The translations under genes and the position numbers were made by a program. A DNA stretch of 50,948 nt from an uncultured Gammaproteobacteria bacterium (lineage in GTDB: Bacteria; Patescibacteriota; Microgenomatia; Levybacterales; UBA12049): contig CAZBFH010000003.1 of assembly GCA_964491185.1 (NCBI GenBank), positions 1 through 50,948 on the forward strand. Direction: 5' to 3'. This document shows, piece after piece, positions 48,885 to 50,948 of this stretch; the first letter of the stretch is position 1; every line of letters starts with the position of its first letter. Under the pieces are notes generated by a model that did no database searches, was not told the origin of the DNA, and saw only the letters and a program-made list of their open reading frames with translations.

Positions 48885-49360
48885 TAACCTTGTACCACTA
48901 TTCCGAGTCCTGTAGGATATGGAGCATTTACCCTGTGAGATTCTAGTTCCTTTGATTTATAAAATATTTCTGCAATCTGCATTATTTTTTCTAAAAGTTC
49001 TTTTGCCGAATCCATGTCAATTCCAGTTCGCACTTTTCCTCCTAGAGATTTAGAATCACTAAAAAGTTTTTCAAGCTCTGGATACTTAGAATAATCATTC
49101 TTGAAATAATCGTCAGCAAGAGTCGATAACTCATGCTCGAGTATGTTCGCGTGCTCTTCTTTAACATGAGTAACCCTGGCAATATCATGCTCAGCTTTTG
49201 TTTCATTGTCTCTTTTAATCTCTGTTAAAAATTGAGTCATTCTTATAATAGTATGCGCTGCAACTTGAGCTTGGTGAGGGTCATAAATTCCGCAAGGAAT
49301 ATCACAATGCGCAAATGCAGTTTTCTCAGGAAGTAAATTTAAGACTAAAGTAAGTTTCAT
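48884..49360 (-). CDS. sodN: nickel-containing superoxide dismutase precursor
   Basis: 158 aa. A leader ending in FA is followed by HCDIPCGIYDP, the Ni-hook motif (HCDLPCGVYDP in Streptomyces). Confidence 0.85.
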   Translation of the reverse strand: MKLTLVLNLLPEKTAFAHCDIPCGIYDPHQAQVAAHTIIRMTQFLTEIKRDNETKAEHDIARVTHVKEEHANILEHELSTLADDYFKNDYSKYPELEKLFSDSKSLGGKVRTGIDMDSAKELLEKIMQIAEIFYKSKELESHRVNAPYPTGLGIVVQG

Positions 49361-49369
49361 CGTGAGGTA

Positions 49370-49398
49370 ATGATAAGAAAAAGCGTTCTAAAAGTCAA
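49370..49398 (-). promoter_or_regulatory. sigma70-like promoter of the sodN operon (very short leader)
   Basis: The minus strand reads TTGACT (49398-49393), a 17-nt spacer, then TATCAT (49375-49370). Only 9 nt separate the -10 element from the ATG at 49360. Confidence 0.5.
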
Positions 49399-49425
49399 TC
49401 AAACGCCGATATGGCTTTCGTGAGA

Positions 49426-50166
49426 TTAATGAACCGGTAAAGGGGGTATTATAGATCCCGTTGGCCTAGGCTGTCCTACGGGACTTCTCTGCAAGCTAAA
49501 TCTTGCTGCATCTTCAACCCTTTCCCTATGAATAACGAGCCAATCTCGCATAGGTACAGGCAATTTATCAATACCTCCTCCTAAGCGTACTGCGCTTTCA
49601 AGTCCTTCAGCAATTCTTTTATCAACCTGTCTTTCGATAACGACTTCCCGAATTACTTCATACGCAGCAACTCTTCCTAGACTGTATGTCCCTACTCTTC
49701 TGTCTGTCATTAGACCTTCACCCTCCCTCTTTCTCCTCTCAGATTCTTCTGTCAACCCCAACAGGGCATCTTCAACGGACACCCCATGAAATGACATGGC
49801 TGCAGCAAGTGCTTCAAGGCTCCGATCATCTACTGCACCATTATTCACTATCGCTTCTGACATCGCAGGTAATACATGTAACTCTATCAGGCTGAAAGAA
49901 TATTGAAGCTCTGCCTCTGGAAAAAGCACCCTTGCTTGCTCAACGCTCGCGGGATCAAAATCTCTTTGCATTAGAGATTTAAATGCTTCTCTCTGTGATT
50001 GAAAACCGGGAAGCTCTGTTCTTAAAGAATCGGGAGTCAATGTCATAAAATCTACCTGAGGCGCAACTATGGTTAATCCTACCTTTTCAAGAGTGGGCTT
50101 CGGAACTGTAAAATCTTGACCATCGGAAGAAGGCCCTTCGTGATTTGCTGCTAATCCCATAGACAA
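49426..50166 (-). CDS. hypothetical protein, predicted mostly alpha-helical, no recognised family
   Basis: The 246-aa ORF is clearly GC-richer than its surroundings (hand count about 49% over 49441-49560). I recognise no motif in it. The C-terminus is proline-rich. Confidence 0.5.
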   Translation of the reverse strand: MSMGLAANHEGPSSDGQDFTVPKPTLEKVGLTIVAPQVDFMTLTPDSLRTELPGFQSQREAFKSLMQRDFDPASVEQARVLFPEAELQYSFSLIELHVLPAMSEAIVNNGAVDDRSLEALAAAMSFHGVSVEDALLGLTEESERRKREGEGLMTDRRVGTYSLGRVAAYEVIREVVIERQVDKRIAEGLESAVRLGGGIDKLPVPMRDWLVIHRERVEDAARFSLQRSPVGQPRPTGSIIPPLPVH

Positions 50167-50212
50167 GTATTCACTCGTTTAGCCCGAATTGTCAATACCT
50201 TTTTTAGATAGA

Positions 50213-50830
50213 TCAGATATCAAAAGCTATGATCCCTTCTACTTCGCGCATGAATTTACTCAATATATAATCATCGGTTACTGGCCCACTTTTTCTTATT
50301 CCACCATTAATAACAATTAATCTATTTGCTCTCATCCACATTCTTCTTCTTTCATACTCTGTATCTCCATTACTCTTATCTCTTTCTGGGAAATCCATAT
50401 CAAGCTTTCTTCCTACCCTATTAAAGAAATGGTATACACCCCCAATGCCTGACTTAACTTGGACAAAAACTTCAGGTATTGGATATCCATCCACCATTGA
50501 CACCACTAAATCAACCATCTCCCTGTCTTGATCATCTCCTGGCTCCACTTGTCTTACTTCTTTAACAAAGTCTACAGTAGAAAGTAGTCTTCCTACTTTA
50601 AGCTCGTTACTATACCCGACTGCATTCCCTTCATCTAAAAGACTATGGTGATTCACTGCTTCATGAAATACTCCAGTAGGTTTAACTGGAACTGGGTGAA
50701 GAGGTGGCGGAGGCATTACATCCACAGAAAAACTTAAAATTCCAGGCGGCCTACCAATTTCCAAAGTCACTATAGACAGTATAGGAAATAAAAAACTAAA
50801 ATCAAGACTTTCTTTAAGTTCTTGAATCAC
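50213..50830 (-). CDS. hypothetical protein with candidate PD-(D/E)xK nuclease core
   Basis: 205 aa from a GTG start; the true start is uncertain, and an internal ATG gives MPPPPL at residue 39. The ordered elements are a helix with Glu (YSNELKVGRLL), a strand with Asp (EMVDLVVSMVDG) and a strand VFVQVKSG. Together they match the E...D...(E/Q)xK restriction-endonuclease-like pattern seen in Mrr-, Hjc- and DUF4365-type proteins. Confidence 0.4.
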   Translation of the reverse strand: MIQELKESLDFSFLFPILSIVTLEIGRPPGILSFSVDVMPPPPLHPVPVKPTGVFHEAVNHHSLLDEGNAVGYSNELKVGRLLSTVDFVKEVRQVEPGDDQDREMVDLVVSMVDGYPIPEVFVQVKSGIGGVYHFFNRVGRKLDMDFPERDKSNGDTEYERRRMWMRANRLIVINGGIRKSGPVTDDYILSKFMREVEGIIAFDI

Positions 50831-50873
50831 AGCCTCGTGGATGGTAAAATGTTTGAACTCATATAGAGTTCAT

Positions 50874-50945
50874 TCCGTGATAGCTCAATGGTAGAGCAAT
50901 TCGCTGTTAACGAAAAGGTTCTAGGTTCGAGTCCTAGTCACGGAG
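50874..50945 (+). tRNA. tRNA-Asn (anticodon GTT)
   Basis: The 72-nt cloverleaf was folded by hand. The acceptor stem TCCGTGA/TCACGGA, the D stem GCTC/GAGC and the T stem CTAGG/CCTAG are all perfect, and the T loop is TTCGAGT. The anticodon loop is CTGTTAA with GTT at positions 34-36. CCA is not encoded. Confidence 0.9.
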
Positions 50946-50948
50946 CAA

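Noticed and set aside
49426-50945. I considered a classical tRNA-integrated genomic island at tRNA-Asn.
   Set aside because: The GC-shifted genes lie 5' of the tRNA, whereas integrases usually target the 3' end. No integrase gene and no direct repeat of the tRNA 3' end is visible, and the window stops 3 nt after the tRNA. I kept only the compositional anomaly and the unknown gene pair as a finding.

Overview
The window is a gene-dense (roughly 95% coding), low-GC, streamlined bacterial chromosome segment. Hand counts give about 28-30% GC in membrane-protein genes and about 40% in housekeeping genes. It uses the standard genetic code (TGA, TAA and TAG all act as stops), and most starts lack a recognisable Shine-Dalgarno sequence. 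The gene content and style suggest a Candidate Phyla Radiation / Patescibacteria-like organism; that is an inference, not a search result. Housekeeping genes recognised from motifs are: pyrC (fragment), a LOG-family gene, hom, the heat-shock block hrcA-grpE-dnaK-glmS-dnaJ, metG, tatD, pyrF-pyrE, groES-groEL, lepA, murJ, rpsT, tpiA, a uvrD/pcrA-like helicase, a femAB-like gene, sodN plus its maturation protease, and tRNA-Asn(GTT) at the right edge. Both hrcA and groES are preceded by a sigma70-like promoter with a divergent CIRCE-like operator. The accessory content is dominated by cell-envelope functions in four places. (1) A five-gene locus at 17427-22727 encodes a synthase-type GT2, a GT-C/PMT-like protein, a WecA-type transferase and a UbiA-family protein resembling decaprenyl-phosphate phosphoribosyltransferase. 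(2) A nine-gene translationally coupled operon at 33028-43479 joins PilN/PilO-like proteins, an LPPTG-anchored FN3/Ig surface protein, a flavoprotein and four consecutive GT-C-like polytopic membrane proteins. (3) A three-gene operon at 10408-12872 contains two paralogous pilin-fold/beta-sandwich proteins. (4) A GC-richer two-gene cassette of unknown function at 49426-50830, one gene carrying a candidate PD-(D/E)xK nuclease core, lies next to the tRNA. I saw no CRISPR array, rRNA, transposase, integrase or reverse transcriptase. All family assignments rest on motif recognition by eye from the supplied translations, so none has been verified by a database search.
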